Assembly (NCBI GenBank): GCA_033763735.1
Contig: JANRJY010000026.1
Coordinates: forward strand, 101,343-165,342
DNA length: 64,000 bases
Source of the DNA: Bacteroidota bacterium
GTDB lineage: Bacteria > Bacteroidota > Bacteroidia > Cytophagales > UBA9547
Reading direction: 5' to 3'
The notes under the pieces were generated by a model. The model made no database searches, was not told the DNA's origin, and worked only from the letters and a program-made list of their open reading frames with translations. Position numbers and translations under genes: made by a program. Shown here one piece after another: positions 30,507 to 40,367 of this stretch (positions are counted from its first letter, which is position 1; each line of letters opens with the position of its first letter).

Positions 30507-31790
30507 TTATGCAAGAATTTGTTTCCGATTTGCGTCTAAATTTAGAAAAATAAATAACAAAAATGTAAATGATAGTAGTGAAGAGCCCCCATAGCTAAAA
30601 AAAGGCAACGGAATACCTATAACTGGAAACAAGCCTATTGTCATTCCAATATTAACTGAGAAATGAAAAAACAGGATGGATGCTACACAATATCCGTAAA
30701 TTCGAGCAAATTTTGAACGCTGTCTTTCAGCAAGCATAATAATACGAAAAATGAGTCCCACAAATGTTAAAATTAAAACAAAACTACCCAACCAACCCCA
30801 TTCTTCGCCAATAGTGCAAAAAATGAAATCAGTATGCTGCTCAGGTACAAAGTCGAATTTGGTTTGAGTCCCTTCTAAAAATCCTTTTCCTAAAAACCCT
30901 CCTGAACCAATTGCAATTTTTGATTGTGTCACATTCCATCCAAATCCTAATGGATCTGCATCCGGATTAATAAGTGCTTTAATCCTGTTTTGTTGATGTG
31001 GTTGCAAGACATTAGAAACAATAAAACTTACGGAATAAATAAATCCTGATACAAATCCATAAATAAGTAAAACTCCAAATACATTGCTGACTTTTCTGCG
31101 CAAGTCTTTGAAAAATATAATTAAGAATATTGTAATAACTCCAAAAACCGCAATTAAAATCAACTTATCGACCATCAATGATAGAATAAATAAAAATGCA
31201 CAACTAATACCCAAAATCAAAGGAGCAGGATTCATCCCTTCTCTGAATAGTACAATGATAAAGGCACTAAATACCATAGTGGACCCCGTATCATTTTGTA
31301 AAAGAATTAAAATAGCTGGAATCGCAAATATGATTCCTGCACGAATCAAATCACGTATATTATCCATTTTTATATTTGATTTGGACAAATAAAAAGACAG
31401 CGCAAGAGAAGTTGCAAACTTTGCAAATTCAGATGGCTGTAATGAAAAACTACCAATTTCAATCCATGAGCGAGAGCCGGCAACTACTTTTCCAAAAAGT
31501 AATACCACAATGAGAACAAACATGACAAATACATAAATAAAATTGGCAAAAGACTCAAAAAATCGGTGATCAATTAACATTATAAATGCAGCTAAGCACA
31601 AAGCCACCATAATCCACATCAATTGTTTACCACTATTGATTGAAAAGTCAAATATACTTTGCTCTAATTCAGGGTCGTAAACGGCAGCAAAAATATTGAG
31701 CCATCCCCAAGTCACTAAAAGTAAATAAATTATCAAAGTCAGCCAATCAATGTCAGCGTTTGTCCTTTGGTTTAGGCTTCGCAGGGTCAC
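30507..31790 (-). CDS. rodA: Rod shape-determining protein RodA (SEDS family)
   Basis: 427 aa, polytopic, with the LQPSEFAKF motif. Directly downstream of PBP2 with a 38-nt overlap. Confidence 0.85.
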   Translation of the reverse strand: MTLRSLNQRTNADIDWLTLIIYLLLVTWGWLNIFAAVYDPELEQSIFDFSINSGKQLMWIMVALCLAAFIMLIDHRFFESFANFIYVFVMFVLIVVLLFGKVVAGSRSWIEIGSFSLQPSEFAKFATSLALSFYLSKSNIKMDNIRDLIRAGIIFAIPAILILLQNDTGSTMVFSAFIIVLFREGMNPAPLILGISCAFLFILSLMVDKLILIAVFGVITIFLIIFFKDLRRKVSNVFGVLLIYGFVSGFIYSVSFIVSNVLQPHQQNRIKALINPDADPLGFGWNVTQSKIAIGSGGFLGKGFLEGTQTKFDFVPEQHTDFIFCTIGEEWGWLGSFVLILTFVGLIFRIIMLAERQRSKFARIYGYCVASILFFHFSVNIGMTIGLFPVIGIPLPFFSYGGSSLLSFTFLLFIFLNLDANRKQILA

Positions 31791-33591
31791 GGATAAAATC
31801 TCGATTTAAGATATAATTTTCAATCCAATTTTTTTCGACTTGCTTGTCCATATATTTTGCAAATATCAATCCTGCCATAGGCGCAGCCCATTCTGCTCCA
31901 AATCCTGAATTTTCAATAATAACGGCTACGGCAATTTGAGGATTTTCTTTAGGTGCAAAACCAATAAAAACAGAATGATCGGCACCATGTGGATTCTCTA
32001 CTGTACCTGTTTTCCCGCATGCCTCATAGTCTTTAGAGCGTGCTAAAAAGCCTGTCCCTGCTCTTACAACCAATCCCATTCCATTGACAATAGCATTATA
32101 ATACTTACGGTCAAATCCTGTTTCATGCTTTACCAAATATTCAGGTTTAACTTTATCATTATCCCCAATTTTTTTTACTAAATGAGGCGCATAATAAAAC
32201 CCACGATTGGCAAATATACAAGCAATATTAGCCATTTGAATGGGTGTTGTACTTACTTCACCTTGACCAATACCCAAGGAGTAAATGGTACTGAATTGCC
32301 AACGGTTTTCACCATATATTTTGTTGTAATAATTGCTAGAGGGCAAAATACCCTTTTTTTCATTTGGCAAGTCTATTCCCGTTTTAGCACCAATACCGAA
32401 TAGCATTGCTTGGGTTCTCCAGTCATCATAGCACAACCGAGCATCTACAAATGCATTTTTTGATAGTCCTTGGCTTAATATTTTACGATACACCTGCCAA
32501 TAATAAGGGTTGCATGAAAATTGAATAGAAGTTGTAAAATTAGCTGAAGTGTGTTTCCCATGACAAGGTATGATGTTTCTATTGCAAGGAAATATTGTAT
32601 TCGTATCAATTAATTTACGTTTCAAAGCATATAAACCATTTATTGTTTTAAACACCGAACCCGGAGGATATTGCGCCATTAGCGCTCTGTTGAACAATGG
32701 TTTTAATGAATCTCTAACAAGAGCATTGTAATTTTGCGAAAAGTTTTCACCTGTTAATGAATTGGGATCATAATAAGGGGAAGACACAAATGCAAGTACC
32801 TCACCGGTGGAAGGTTGTATTGCTACAATACTGCCTATTTTATTCTTAATTAAACGTTCACAGTATTTCTGCAAATTAAGATCTAAGGTTGTAATAATGT
32901 CATTCCCCGGAAATGAAGCTGTATCATAAAGTCCATTTTTAAATTTACCTTTTTCAACGCCTCTTACATTTACCATTACATATTTAACGCCCCGCTTTCC
33001 TCTAAGTTCTTTTTCATAATAGGCTTCAATTCCGCTAATACCTATATAATCACCTGAACGATAATTATCTTTACCTACCATTTCTATTTTCTCCTTACTT
33101 ATTTCACCTATATAACCCAGCGCATTAGCTGCCACTGATTCAGGATAATTTCTTACGGTACGTGCTTGAATATAAAAACCAGGAAAATCTGACAATAAAT
33201 CTTGAATCCTTGCAAATTTTAATTCTGACATTTGATCAAAAAAAATAGATGGTTTGACTGAAGAATATTTTCTGGCTGCTTTTAATCTGGTTTCGAATTC
33301 TTCCATCGAAATTCCTAAAAGCGTACAGAACCTACCTAAATCTCCCTGAATTTTTAGCTTTTTTGGTATCACCATCAAATCATACACTCCTGTATTGGCA
33401 ACTAATAAATGTTGATTTCTATCCTTAATAACTCCTCTATAAGGATATTCAATAATACGCTGAATTACATTATTGGCAGCTTCTTCTTCATAGGATTTGT
33501 CAATTACTTGAATGATAAAAAGTTTGATCAAAAATACTAAACCAACAAACATTACCAAGAATTGAATAATGATGACGCGGTTCTGGTTCAA
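31753..33591 (-). CDS. mrdA: Penicillin-binding protein 2 (transpeptidase)
   Basis: N-terminal TM, SxxK (GSVFKT) and KTGT motifs. 612 aa. Confidence 0.85.
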   Translation of the reverse strand: MNQNRVIIIQFLVMFVGLVFLIKLFIIQVIDKSYEEEAANNVIQRIIEYPYRGVIKDRNQHLLVANTGVYDLMVIPKKLKIQGDLGRFCTLLGISMEEFETRLKAARKYSSVKPSIFFDQMSELKFARIQDLLSDFPGFYIQARTVRNYPESVAANALGYIGEISKEKIEMVGKDNYRSGDYIGISGIEAYYEKELRGKRGVKYVMVNVRGVEKGKFKNGLYDTASFPGNDIITTLDLNLQKYCERLIKNKIGSIVAIQPSTGEVLAFVSSPYYDPNSLTGENFSQNYNALVRDSLKPLFNRALMAQYPPGSVFKTINGLYALKRKLIDTNTIFPCNRNIIPCHGKHTSANFTTSIQFSCNPYYWQVYRKILSQGLSKNAFVDARLCYDDWRTQAMLFGIGAKTGIDLPNEKKGILPSSNYYNKIYGENRWQFSTIYSLGIGQGEVSTTPIQMANIACIFANRGFYYAPHLVKKIGDNDKVKPEYLVKHETGFDRKYYNAIVNGMGLVVRAGTGFLARSKDYEACGKTGTVENPHGADHSVFIGFAPKENPQIAVAVIIENSGFGAEWAAPMAGLIFAKYMDKQVEKNWIENYILNRDFIRDPAKPKPKDKR

Positions 33592-33667
33592 AGTGTAGAG
33601 TGGGTATTAAATCAATAACAAAAGTACGATAATTCAATTGAATATCAACAGTAGACGCATGCTTGAT

Positions 33668-34498
33668 TTAAAATGTTATTTGTTCTTTCCAAACCAAGTA
33701 ATTGTCACTTATAAAATCATCAATATTAGGTTCAAATTCAAAGACGCCAAACATTGTTGACCCCGAACCTGACATACTCGCATAAATGGCTCCTTTTTTA
33801 TATAGTTCATTTTTTATGTTCTGCAATACTGGATATTTCAGAAGTATAGTTTTCTCAAAATCATTCTGAATCAAATTTCTCCATTCTGAAATTGGTTGCA
33901 ATATATTTAAACTCAAATTGTAAGAATTCCCTCTAGGTTCACAGCCTTTATATGCTTCAGGAGTAGAAATGTGAAAATTTGGATAAATCAAAGTCAAATA
34001 CTTTTTTCCTACATTTACTGACAAGTCGGAAAAATCATCTCCTTTTCCAGTAGCAAATTGTAGTTTGTTCTTTACAAAAAATGCGCAATCACTTCCCATA
34101 GTACTTGCATATTCAATAAGTTGTGGTTCTTTAATGCCCAATTCAAACATTTGATTTAAACCTTTCAAAACAAAAGCTGCATTTGAAGACCCACCTCCTA
34201 AGCCGGCACCTATTGGAACTATTTTATGCAAATGAATTTTAACAGGTGGAATTTTGTAATTTCTTGCAATAATATAGTATGCCTTGAGGCATAAGTTTTC
34301 ATTAGTATTCCCCGGAATTGGGATCCCAGTTGTGCTAAAAATTAGTTTATCAGAAGGAATAATTTCCAGTATATCAGACCATCCGATGGGTGCAAAACAA
34401 GTTTCAATATTATGATAACCATCCTCTCTTTTGTTAATTATATTGAGCCCAATATTTATTTTAGAATTTGAAAACAGTATCATTATTGTACTTGTCAA
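33668..34498 (-). CDS. ispE: 4-(cytidine 5'-diphospho)-2-C-methyl-D-erythritol kinase
   Basis: KINIGLNIINKREDGYHNIET and the GHMP motif PIGAGLGGGSSNAA. Confidence 0.85.
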   Translation of the reverse strand: MTSTIMILFSNSKINIGLNIINKREDGYHNIETCFAPIGWSDILEIIPSDKLIFSTTGIPIPGNTNENLCLKAYYIIARNYKIPPVKIHLHKIVPIGAGLGGGSSNAAFVLKGLNQMFELGIKEPQLIEYASTMGSDCAFFVKNKLQFATGKGDDFSDLSVNVGKKYLTLIYPNFHISTPEAYKGCEPRGNSYNLSLNILQPISEWRNLIQNDFEKTILLKYPVLQNIKNELYKKGAIYASMSGSGSTMFGVFEFEPNIDDFISDNYLVWKEQITF

Positions 34499-34506
34499 TT
34501 ATAAAA

Positions 34507-34565
34507 CCATAGAGGACACTAAGCTTTCTAGGATTTATCTCTGTGTCTCTTAATACCTCTATGGT
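34507..34565 (-). terminator. Long imperfect hairpin downstream of dnaJ (possible terminator or structured spacer)
   Basis: ACCATAGAGG (34507-34516) pairs with CCTCTATGGT (34556-34565). The inner gaggacac/gtgtctc pairing extends the stem. Confidence 0.35.
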
Positions 34566-34574
34566 AATATTATA

Positions 34575-35720
34575 TTAATTAAAAAACTCCTTCATTCTTT
34601 CAAAGAAAGACTTGTCGTTTTTACTAGGATTGGGCAGGAAATTAGGAGAAGTTCTTAATTTTTCCAAAATAGTTCTTTCCTCATTAGATAATACTTTAGG
34701 TGTCCAAATGTTAACGTAAATCAATTGATCACCTCTTCCATATCCATTCACGTCCCTTACCCCTTTGTCTTTAAGCCTTAATATTTTACCACTTTGTGTG
34801 CCTGGTTCAATTTTTATCTTCACTTTACCATCAATAGTTGGCACTTCGATGGCAGGATTTCCAAGAGCTGCATCTGCAAAACTGATATGCAAATCGTAAA
34901 TAATGTTATTCCCGTCTCTTTTTAAAAGTTCATTTTCCTCTTCTTCAATTACAATTAACAAATCACCTGGAATACCTCCTCTTTGTGGCACATTGCCTTT
35001 GTTTGCCATTGAGAGTTGCATACCTTCAGCAACACCTGCTGGTATTTTAATTGCAATTACCTCTTCTTCAAGCGTTCGTCCTTCTCCTCCACAAGTTTCG
35101 CATCTTTGAGTTACCATTTTACCTTCTCCATTGCAAGTTGGGCAAGTACTAGTTGTCATCATTTGACCTAACATGGTATTAGCAACTCTTCGAACTTGTC
35201 CAGTGCCCCCGCAGGTGCCGCAATTTTGTAATGAAACACCATTTTTAGAACCATTTCCACCACACGATTTACAGGCTACATATCTTTTTACTTTAATTTT
35301 TTTCTCTACACCACTGGTAACTTCTTCTAGATTAAGCTTTAATTTTATTCTTAAATCTGAACCTTTGCGTTGACGAGTGCCTCCTCTTCCGCCTCCAAAA
35401 AAACTCCCAAATGGACTTTCATCCCCGAAAATATCTCCAAAATGTGAAAAAATATCCTCCATATTATTAAATCCTCCTCCATTACCTGATGCGCCTCCGA
35501 CACCTGCATGTCCAAACTGATCGTATTTAGCTTTTTTATTTGGATCGCTCAACACATCATAGGCTTCTGCTGCCTCTTTAAATTTTTCTTCTGCAGCTTT
35601 ATCACCCGGATTTTTGTCTGGGTGATATTGAATTGCCATCTTTCGATATGCCTTTTTTATATCATCAGCTGAAGAGCTTTTGGTCACTCCTAATACATCA
35701 TAATAATCTCTCTTTGCCAT
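34575..35720 (-). CDS. dnaJ: Molecular chaperone DnaJ
   Basis: J domain (DYYDVLGV...HPDKNP), G/F region and four CxxCxGxG zinc motifs. Confidence 0.95.
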   Translation of the reverse strand: MAKRDYYDVLGVTKSSSADDIKKAYRKMAIQYHPDKNPGDKAAEEKFKEAAEAYDVLSDPNKKAKYDQFGHAGVGGASGNGGGFNNMEDIFSHFGDIFGDESPFGSFFGGGRGGTRQRKGSDLRIKLKLNLEEVTSGVEKKIKVKRYVACKSCGGNGSKNGVSLQNCGTCGGTGQVRRVANTMLGQMMTTSTCPTCNGEGKMVTQRCETCGGEGRTLEEEVIAIKIPAGVAEGMQLSMANKGNVPQRGGIPGDLLIVIEEEENELLKRDGNNIIYDLHISFADAALGNPAIEVPTIDGKVKIKIEPGTQSGKILRLKDKGVRDVNGYGRGDQLIYVNIWTPKVLSNEERTILEKLRTSPNFLPNPSKNDKSFFERMKEFFN

Positions 35721-35758
35721 TTTAATATAATATGCTTTCTAATTTTAATCTTTTTCAA

Positions 35759-36313
35759 TTAATTGCCAATAACCACTTTCGCAACTCTAATCAGTTTTTC
35801 ATGCAAATAGTAACCTTTTTCAATTTCATCAACCACTTTGCCTTTTAAAGATTCTTCTGGTGCAGGAATTTGCGTTATGGCTTCATGCAAATCAGGATTA
35901 AAAGGAACACCCTTGCTCTCAAGTGGTTTTAATCCTTTGGTTTCTAAGGTTTTTTTAAATTTATTGAAGATCAAATCAAGTCCTTCTATTAATGCTTTTT
36001 TATCTTCGGCTGCATCAATGGATATTTTTGCCCTATCCATATCATCAATTATTGGCAATAAGGCCAACATCAGTTGTTCATTTGCAGTGGCAATCAATTC
36101 TATTTTTTCTTTGGATGTTCTTCTTCTGAAATTTTCAAAATCAGCATATAATCTTAAATATTTATCTTTTGACTCCAGTAAAGCGGCCTCCAACTGTGTA
36201 GTAGAATCTATCTCAGAGGGTTCATTATCCGGTTCTTTTTCAGAGGTTTGTTGACTATCAACATCAGCAACTGCTTCTTCTTCAGTGTTTTTAGTGTTTT
36301 CCTGAGTATTCAT
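35759..36313 (-). CDS. grpE: Nucleotide exchange factor GrpE
   Basis: DKYLRLYADFENFRRR motif. 184 aa, immediately upstream of dnaJ. Confidence 0.9.
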   Translation of the reverse strand: MNTQENTKNTEEEAVADVDSQQTSEKEPDNEPSEIDSTTQLEAALLESKDKYLRLYADFENFRRRTSKEKIELIATANEQLMLALLPIIDDMDRAKISIDAAEDKKALIEGLDLIFNKFKKTLETKGLKPLESKGVPFNPDLHEAITQIPAPEESLKGKVVDEIEKGYYLHEKLIRVAKVVIGN

Positions 36314-36402
36314 TGAAATATACTTTATTAGGTTTAATATCTTTCGTTAGTCGTAAAATATGCTACACAATAATATTGCCATTGATTATTGCTGTCATAT
36401 TG

Positions 36403-37446
36403 TCATTTATGAAATTTAGCAATCATCGATTGAAAAATCTCTTTTGTTACTACCCAATTCAACGGGAATTCGGCAATTACGTGCAAAATACTTAGAAAGA
36501 ATAAACTAGCCAGACCAATTTTGTAATTATAATAATAAAGAGCGACTGAACCCACCCATATTATTGCAATGATTACCCAATTAGTAACCTTTGTATCGTG
36601 CCATTTAATAATTGTAGTTTTAGAAAACCAATTTAAATAGTGGTATGTATAAGCAAAAGCTATAAATGCCTGAATTTTGAGTCCCATTTTTGAGTTTAAC
36701 AACATTGGTTTTGAAATATCACCGCCAAACAAATAATGATTTAACCATATATTTAACTGGTTAAAATTACTTTGAATAAATGTATCTTTTACATAGCCGG
36801 AAGGTTTGTAAGCATAGGTATCAAAATCCATTATAAAAAAATAAACACTACATAATATATATACAATAATTGAAAGCCAAGCACTTGAACTTTTACTTTT
36901 GATTGCTCCGGCAACAACAAACAATCCAGTAAATAACCAAACATGAATAATTGTAGGCAAAAACAAGGAAAACAAAATTATAAATGGTTGGGAAAAATAT
37001 TTATATAACAAAGTCCCAAAAACAATTAAAAATGCTGTTAAAATTATTCTTGCTAATCCTTTTTGAGCCAAAACCAAAACACTGGCAAGGCCTAATAAAA
37101 TATACAAATAGAAATTATTCGATTCTCCACAAAATTGAAGTACCAATTTTAAAAAATCGTAAGCTCCTAAAAATTTTAAAAAAGGCGTATACAAAAAAAT
37201 CACCAAGAAAGTTGAAAATGAAACTGCAATGAGGGCTGCTATAATCATTAAATAATAAAAAAAAGGCTTTAGCGGAGGTACATAAAAAGCTCTTTTTTGC
37301 AACCAATTAATTTCTGTTAAATAATGCAAAGGCCCAAGAACTGCATATGAAAACAAAAAAGTCTCAAATGGTAAATTAACAGCCAGAATAGTAGCCGAAA
37401 TCATAAACAATATATTCAAATAATTGACTGAACTTGTGTGAGTCAT
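36403..37446 (-). CDS. Polytopic membrane protein, unknown function
   Basis: 347 aa with about 9-10 hydrophobic helices. No motif recognised. Confidence 0.45.
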   Translation of the reverse strand: MTHTSSVNYLNILFMISATILAVNLPFETFLFSYAVLGPLHYLTEINWLQKRAFYVPPLKPFFYYLMIIAALIAVSFSTFLVIFLYTPFLKFLGAYDFLKLVLQFCGESNNFYLYILLGLASVLVLAQKGLARIILTAFLIVFGTLLYKYFSQPFIILFSLFLPTIIHVWLFTGLFVVAGAIKSKSSSAWLSIIVYILCSVYFFIMDFDTYAYKPSGYVKDTFIQSNFNQLNIWLNHYLFGGDISKPMLLNSKMGLKIQAFIAFAYTYHYLNWFSKTTIIKWHDTKVTNWVIIAIIWVGSVALYYYNYKIGLASLFFLSILHVIAEFPLNWVVTKEIFQSMIAKFHK

Positions 37447-37496
37447 TTTTCCGATTTGACTACAATTTACATTTGGTTATATTAATTTTGCATTTC

Positions 37497-37970
37497 ATGG
37501 AGCACAAATCAACAAAAAAACACACACCAAAAGAAGCTTTTCCAAAAATATGCCGTTTTTGTGCTTATCAGGAACGCACACAACAACAAGTAAGGGACAA
37601 GTTATACGAGCTTGGATTAAATGGAGATGATGTTGAAAATATCATTTCAACATTAATCACAGAAAACTTTATAAATGAAGAAAGATTTGCCAAATCATAC
37701 GCTTCAGGAAAATTTCGTAATAATCATTGGGGTAGGATTAAAATAAAACAAGGCTTAAAAGCAGAGAAAATATCTGAATATTGCATTAAAAAAGGCCTTT
37801 TGGAAATATCCAATGAAGATTATAGTCAAACCTTAAGAAAATTGATTTCGAAAAAATCGAAAGAATTCTCCGATAAAAATCCCTTGATCAAGAAACATAA
37901 AGTTGCAAACTATTTGATAGGAAAAGGTTATGAGCAAGATTTGGTTTGGGATTTTTTGAATCAACAATAA
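37497..37970 (+). CDS. recX: Regulatory protein RecX
   Basis: From the internal ATG at 37497: MEHKSTKK...CRFCAYQERTQQQVRDKLYELGL, typical of Bacteroidota RecX, and about 157 aa. The track start at 37434 would overlap the divergent gene. Confidence 0.65.
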   Translation: MEHKSTKKHTPKEAFPKICRFCAYQERTQQQVRDKLYELGLNGDDVENIISTLITENFINEERFAKSYASGKFRNNHWGRIKIKQGLKAEKISEYCIKKGLLEISNEDYSQTLRKLISKKSKEFSDKNPLIKKHKVANYLIGKGYEQDLVWDFLNQQ

Positions 37971-38027
37971 TTTTATTTGATAACAATTGTATTTTTGAGC
38001 CGCATTTTTTAAAATAACAAAATAGAT

Positions 38028-39332
38028 ATGATAAAATGTACTGCCGTTTTTGACATTGGAAAAACCAACAAAAAACTACTACTATTTGACGAAAAATTCA
38101 ATATCGTTCACGAAATACAATCCAAATTTGAAGAAATAAAAGATGAAGATGGTTACTCTTGTGAGGACCTCAAAGCGCTTACAATTTGGATGAAAGATTC
38201 ATGGGCTAAATTGGAGTCAAACACCCAATTTGATGTTAAAGCTTTGAATTTTGCCACCTATGGCGCTTCTTTTGTTCATCTTGATTCCGATTTCAAACCT
38301 GTTACCCCTTTATACAACTACCTTAAACCACTTCCTCAGGTCATAGAAACTAAGTTTTTTGTTAGTTATGGTGACAAAATGGACTTTGCAACTACTACTG
38401 CTTCTCCTTATTTGGGCATGCTCAACTCAGGATTGCAGATTTATTGGCTTAAATACACAAAACCGAATGTGTTTAAAAATATAAAACATTCACTTCATTT
38501 TCCTCAATATTGCTCTTTTCTTTTCACCAATCAATTAAGTACCGAATTTACAAGTATTGGCTGTCATACAGGTCTTTGGGACATGAGCAAAAATGATTAT
38601 CATGAATTTGTATATAATGAAGGGTTCGATACATTATTTCCAAAAATTTCTAAAAAACATTTTAATGGGACAACCTCATACAGAGGACAAGCAATTCCGG
38701 TTGGCACCGGACTTCACGATAGTTCGGCTGCATTAATTCCTTATTTGCAAAAATTTAGCGAGCCATTTGTGTTACTTTCAACAGGCACTTGGTGTATAGC
38801 TTTAAACCCATTTGCAAAAAAACTTTTAGCAAAAAGCGAATTACTTAATGATTGCCTTAATTATATGACTTTTGAAGGAAATCAAGTAAAAGCCTCTAGA
38901 TTATTCTTAGGTAATTTTCATGAAATTTTTACCAAACTATTTGCAAGCCAATTTAACAAACCATTGGATTATTATAAAGGGATAAAATTCAATCCAATTG
39001 TTTTAGAAACAATTAAATCAAGTGATGTTTTGTTGAGCGATAGATTTAACCCTGAACCAAAAGTTTCAGATTCAATTTTGAAAATGTATAATTCTTATGA
39101 AGAGGCCTATCATAAACTGCTTGATGAAATGACCGATTTTCAAATGGACGCACTTCGAATGGCAGGTGAAAACTTCGAACATATTAAATATGTATATGTA
39201 GATGGAGGGTTTAACAAAAATAACTTGTTTATGACTTTACTACAGCAAAAACTTCCAGAAGTTAAAGTTCAAGCATTTGAAATTTCGCAAGGAACTTCTT
39301 TAGGAGCCGCGAGAGTAATGAGTAATGTGTAA
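38028..39332 (+). CDS. FGGY-family carbohydrate kinase
   Basis: N-terminal FDIGKTNKK actin-fold phosphate-1 motif, the internal GTGLHDSSAA and the C-terminal VDGGF. Confidence 0.7.
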   Translation: MIKCTAVFDIGKTNKKLLLFDEKFNIVHEIQSKFEEIKDEDGYSCEDLKALTIWMKDSWAKLESNTQFDVKALNFATYGASFVHLDSDFKPVTPLYNYLKPLPQVIETKFFVSYGDKMDFATTTASPYLGMLNSGLQIYWLKYTKPNVFKNIKHSLHFPQYCSFLFTNQLSTEFTSIGCHTGLWDMSKNDYHEFVYNEGFDTLFPKISKKHFNGTTSYRGQAIPVGTGLHDSSAALIPYLQKFSEPFVLLSTGTWCIALNPFAKKLLAKSELLNDCLNYMTFEGNQVKASRLFLGNFHEIFTKLFASQFNKPLDYYKGIKFNPIVLETIKSSDVLLSDRFNPEPKVSDSILKMYNSYEEAYHKLLDEMTDFQMDALRMAGENFEHIKYVYVDGGFNKNNLFMTLLQQKLPEVKVQAFEISQGTSLGAARVMSNV

Positions 39333-39452
39333 TGAGTAATGTGTAATTTATTACTCTCATGCTCAACTCAAAAACTTTAAACTCAACAACTCACTAACTT
39401 ATTAACTCAATAACTTTAATACGTGAGCAATTCAAAACTTCAATACATCAAT

Positions 39453-39632
39453 ATGACCTGCGGATATGTATGTCCTGTATGTGAAGGAAAGGGATTTGAT
39501 GAAAATACGCTTGAAAACTGCGATTATTGTAACAAAACAGACAATATTGTTAAAAAACAACCGTTAATAATTTCAGACGAACAATGGATTGATGCTGTAC
39601 ATAACAACTGCCCATGTGGAAATTATGAATAA
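39453..39632 (+). CDS. Small Cys-rich (zinc-ribbon-like) protein, hypothetical
   Basis: 59 aa from the ATG at 39453 (the track uses GTG at 39423). CPVC...CDYC plus CPCG. Flanked on both sides by short tandem repeats, so coding status is uncertain. Confidence 0.3.
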   Translation: MTCGYVCPVCEGKGFDENTLENCDYCNKTDNIVKKQPLIISDEQWIDAVHNNCPCGNYE

Positions 39633-39745
39633 GTAAATGAATAGAAGCGCAAATGATTGAATGATTGATTTTAGAATGATTGAATATAAAAAAATAATAA
39701 GTTTAGTCTTTCAATTTTAACACCTGAACACATTGAAATTGAACA

Positions 39746-39790
39746 CTTTAAACTCAACAACTTTAAACTCCAAAACTTTAAACTCAGTAA
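39746..39790 (+). repeat. Three perfect-period 15-nt tandem units (CTTTAAACTCnnnAA), ending 14 nt before the DUF1573 start codon
   Basis: ctttaaactcaacaa / ctttaaactccaaaa / ctttaaactcagtaa at 39746, 39761 and 39776. Almost G-free on the coding strand. Confidence 0.85.
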
Positions 39791-39803
39791 CCCAAAATCT
39801 GCC

Positions 39804-40190
39804 ATGTCTCACAAACTCACAATCTCACTTCTTACAATCTTACTCACCACACTCTTCTCTTCTGCCCAAGCCGATTTCAAATTCGAAAAAATGGAATATG
39901 ACTTTGGAAGCACTGTTGAAAAAGACGACACCCTTTGGTACGAATTCAAATTTAAGAACATTGGCTCCGATCCTTTGGTGATCAACGATATTAAAACAGC
40001 TTGTGAATGCACACTTGCGGATTATTCAAAAAAACCAGTAATGCCGGGTAAAGAAGGTGTTATTAGAGCTGGGTATAAGTATAAAGGCAAGCAAGGAACT
40101 TATAATAAAACATTGACAATCATTGCAAATACAATGCCTGCAGTTACTCAGCTTACCATTAAAGGAGTTATACTTGAATCTAAAAAGTAG
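39804..40190 (+). CDS. DUF1573 domain protein
   Basis: Signal peptide followed by FKFEKMEYDFGS...W.EFKFKNIGSDPLVINDIKTACECT, the classic DUF1573 pattern. Confidence 0.8.
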   Translation: MSHKLTISLLTILLTTLFSSAQADFKFEKMEYDFGSTVEKDDTLWYEFKFKNIGSDPLVINDIKTACECTLADYSKKPVMPGKEGVIRAGYKYKGKQGTYNKTLTIIANTMPAVTQLTIKGVILESKK

Positions 40191-40234
40191 ATATATTAAG
40201 AAAAAATAACATTGAAAAAATGAAAACAAAGTTT

Positions 40235-40262
40235 TTGGTTTTCAAATCAAATAATATATTTG
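40235..40262 (+). promoter_or_regulatory. Candidate Bacteroidota promoter for the exbB operon (TTG ... TAtaTTTG)
   Basis: TATATTTG at 40255-40262 matches TAnnTTTG. A TTG lies at 40235-40237, 17 nt upstream. The site is about 105 nt before the exbB ATG. Confidence 0.35.
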
Positions 40263-40367
40263 CGCTTCTTCCATTATAAAGATTATTAAAAAAATATTTA
40301 AAATTTAACATTGAATTAATATAAAACTAATTCTTTTGCTTCTATAACCAGTTAACTAAATCTCCAA

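Noticed and set aside
35838-36254. 138-aa ORF antisense to grpE. The same applies to 42625-43080 antisense to tonB, 17634-17999 and others antisense to rsmA, and 16745-17062 antisense to the saccharopine dehydrogenase-family gene.
   Set aside because: Each is fully nested antisense in a confidently identified gene, and none has a recognisable motif.
37434-37496. Extended N-terminus of recX given by the track (start at 37434)
   Set aside because: It would overlap the divergent membrane-protein gene start. The internal ATG at 37497 gives a typical RecX length and N-terminus.
39733-39981. 82-aa ORF beginning MKLNTLNSTTLNSKTLNS
   Set aside because: Its N-terminus is a translation of the 15-nt tandem repeat, and it overlaps the well-supported DUF1573 gene in another frame.
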